Assembly (NCBI RefSeq): GCF_009914755.1
Contig: NC_060927.1
Length of the DNA stretch: 64,000 nt
Origin: the human T2T-CHM13v2.0 reference genome, Homo sapiens
Direction: 5' to 3' (one strand)
The notes beneath the pieces were generated by a model, which did no database searches, was not told the DNA's origin, and saw only the letters and a program-made list of their open reading frames with translations. Made by a program: the position numbers and the translations under genes. Shown here piece by piece: positions 61,577 through 64,000 of this stretch (position 1 is the stretch's first letter; each line of letters starts with the position of its first letter).

Positions 61577-62577
61577 TCAGTTTATTCAGTGCTTAAGAAA
61601 AGTATTTAATCCTTTGATTGTTTTCTGATTTAGACCTTGAATGATACATATATAGAATATTGGCTTAATCAAAATGTATTTGCTGCCAGTGGCCTCTATG
61701 TTAGGCTAGAGAAAGCTTTCATCTTTATCATAAGTTTCTTATTCGCCGACAAGTCCAAATTAACCACTTAAAAAAACTAAAAAATCAAATACACTTCAAA
61801 TTTTGTCATAAATATCCCATTAAAAAATTGTCTTCTATTCTTTAATGCACCAATGAATTCATTTCTCCTTCAAATAAGATTGAATCTGCATTTTTAAAGT
61901 TGTAACAATCCATGATCTAACAACCACAATAAATCTACCATTTAATGTGTTTTTCTGATTTGGCTGAAGCCTGCAGACCAAGTTAAGAGGGATGGATATG
62001 GGGCTTTCGTTGCCAAGTGATGACTGCGGCCACTCTGATTTCCCGTGGACTTGGAGAAGGTTCAAGTCCGCAACTTGTTCGATAATTGCTTCTAGCAGGC
62101 TTCTCCCTAAGCATCAAGGCCCTGGCTCGTCAGTGTTTTTTGCTGTCCAAAAAGATAAAAACAAAATTCAAACCACAGATCTAAGGAGGATTGGAACACC
62201 ATGGACCTCTCTTAAATATGTTCCCTCTTTTTAAGGATATCTTCATATATGAAAGCTTATGATCTGTAGGGGAGATATTAGAAATATATCATACAAAGCA
62301 GAGTGTCAGAAGGCTTGAAAGGGATAGAGAACTAACTTTTATTACCACGAGACACTGCTGGGTTAGCAATTATTTTCCTCTCTCTCCTTAAAAACACAAT
62401 CTCAATTTTGTTTATTGGGTGCATTCCCGTCCATAAAAAAAAAAAAAAATTCTGTATTTCCCAGTTTCTCTTGCAGTTAAATGTGGCCAGGGAATGAATT
62501 TCTGATTAGTATGGTATAAGGAAGAGTGTTGTATGGGACTTCTGGGAAGACTCTTAAAGGGAAGGAAGTGTATTCTT

Positions 62578-62594
62578 TTTTTTTTTTTTGATTT

Positions 62595-62625
<31 letters not shown>

Positions 62626-63029
62626 TTATACTTTAAGTTTTAGGGTACATGTGCACATTGTGCAAGTTAGTTACATATGTATACATGTGACATGCTGGTG
62701 CGCTGCACCCACTAACTCGTCATCTAGCATTAGGTATATCTCCCAATGCTATCCCTCCCCCCTCCCCCCACCCCACAACAGTCCCCAGAGTGTGATATTC
62801 CCCTTTCTGTGTCCATGTGATCTCATTGTTCAATTCCCACCTATGAGTGAGAATATGCGGTGTTTGGTTTTTTGTTCTTGCGATAGTTTACTGAGAATGA
62901 TGATTTCCAATTTCATCCATGTCCCTACAGAGGACATGAACTCATCATTTTTTATGGCTGCATAGTATTCCATGGTGTGTATGTGCCACATTTTCTTAAT
63001 CCAGTCTATCATTGTTGGACATTTGGGTT
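62578..63029 (-). mobile_element. 5'-truncated young L1 (L1PA2-like) 3' end, inserted in an MLT1J-like LTR (~62350-63310)
   Basis: Minus strand GGGAGATATACCTAATGCTAGATGACGAGTTAGTGG; TSD GTGTATTCTT at 62568-77 and 63030-39. Confidence 0.92.
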
Positions 63030-63455
63030 GTGTATTCTTATTTCTACCTTCCTCCTTGCTGTTGCCTGGGATGTCACTGGGAGGCAGGCACAAAAACAGT
63101 GGTTTTGGTTCATGAGTTGAGAGTGGTGGGACAGCAAGACAGCAGGGCCTGCATCCCTGCTGAATGGAGAGTCCAGGTAGCCTTGACTGTCAGCCTTCAC
63201 AGTGACCAACCAACCAATGAACGGCCAACCAACAAACAAAGAAATTCTTTTTCAGCCACTTTTACTTTCAAAATTTTATTTATAACATGATCTCATTCTT
63301 ATAGATCAGTATATGTATATGTACAAATATCAGGCTAAATCCTGATTTTGCAGCGACTATGTAAGGAAGGATATATTATCTCTATATTATGGAAGAGGAA
63401 ACGGAGGTTCAGAGGTATTACATAGCTGATCTAATGACACTAAATTTTTGTGTTC

Positions 63456-63950
63456 AAAAATCTTCGAACACAAAAATGTCAGCAGTTCTAAAGGAAGAGT
63501 TAACTTCCAGCATAGTCAAAATTAAATAGTTTGTGCCACGAATCTATACTTGTATTAAGTATAGATTAAAGTATTAACTGGCTAAATCAGAAATTCCAGG
63601 TTAGATCCTGGAACTTACACACTTTTACCAGCACCATCGCTATACAATGTGGATATAAATATCTCCTTGTGTATCACTAGCTAAATCTCTTAATCTTTTT
63701 ATCCCCTTTAAAAATTAAGATTAAAAGCCTCTACCTACTATATTTGCTACTATGAGGACAAGTTGATTTAGCATTGTACAAAGCATTGATATCCATGGGA
63801 AATAATCTCTATTTAATTCATGTATATTATTGAATCAATTAAAAAATTTTTGAACACAAAAATGTCATGAGTTCCATATGAAGAGTTAACTTCTAGCATA
63901 GCCAAAATTAACTAGTTTGTGCCACAAGCCTGTAGTTGTTTAAACTGGCT
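63456..63950. repeat. Diverged direct repeat (~110-130 bp; copies at ~63456-63585 and ~63842-63950)
   Basis: gaacacaaaaatgtca..gaagagttaacttc(c/t)agcatag(t/c)caaaattaa(a/c)tagtttgtgccac at 63466 and 63852 (offset 386). Confidence 0.9.
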
Positions 63951-64000
63951 TACAAAATCAAACTGCAAATCACTAATTAACCTCCTGTTCCAGAAATCTA

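Overview
Primate, almost certainly human, genomic DNA inside the contactin-3 gene (CNTN3) on the minus strand. Seven coding exons can be read with canonical GT-AG boundaries and matching phases: 40687-40560, 38939-38764, 6837-6720, 5835-5677, 5577-5428, 3968-3898 and 2221-1987. They encode the end of Ig5, Ig6 and FNIII repeats 1-2. The rest is intron dominated by transposable elements, and nearly all other ORFs in the track are Alu, L1 or simple-repeat artefacts. I see no new gene or novel protein system. The most unusual structure is a nested element cluster at about 15.7-27.4 kb. Its core (20707-24992) is bounded by one target-site duplication (TSD) and contains, in order: a 5'-truncated AluY, an inverted L1PA3/4 5' segment, the L1 3' segment (about 1.9 kb of L1 missing), a ~300-bp 3' transduction with its own AATAAA, and a poly(A). 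Other points of interest are a second TSD-less Alu replacing L1 sequence, a MER41 LTR with an intact GAS motif, a 99-nt in-frame stop-free intron, and a duplicated segment with fold-back hairpins near 63.5 kb. Repeat subfamily names and L1 consensus positions are from recalled consensus sequences and need RepeatMasker/Dfam confirmation.
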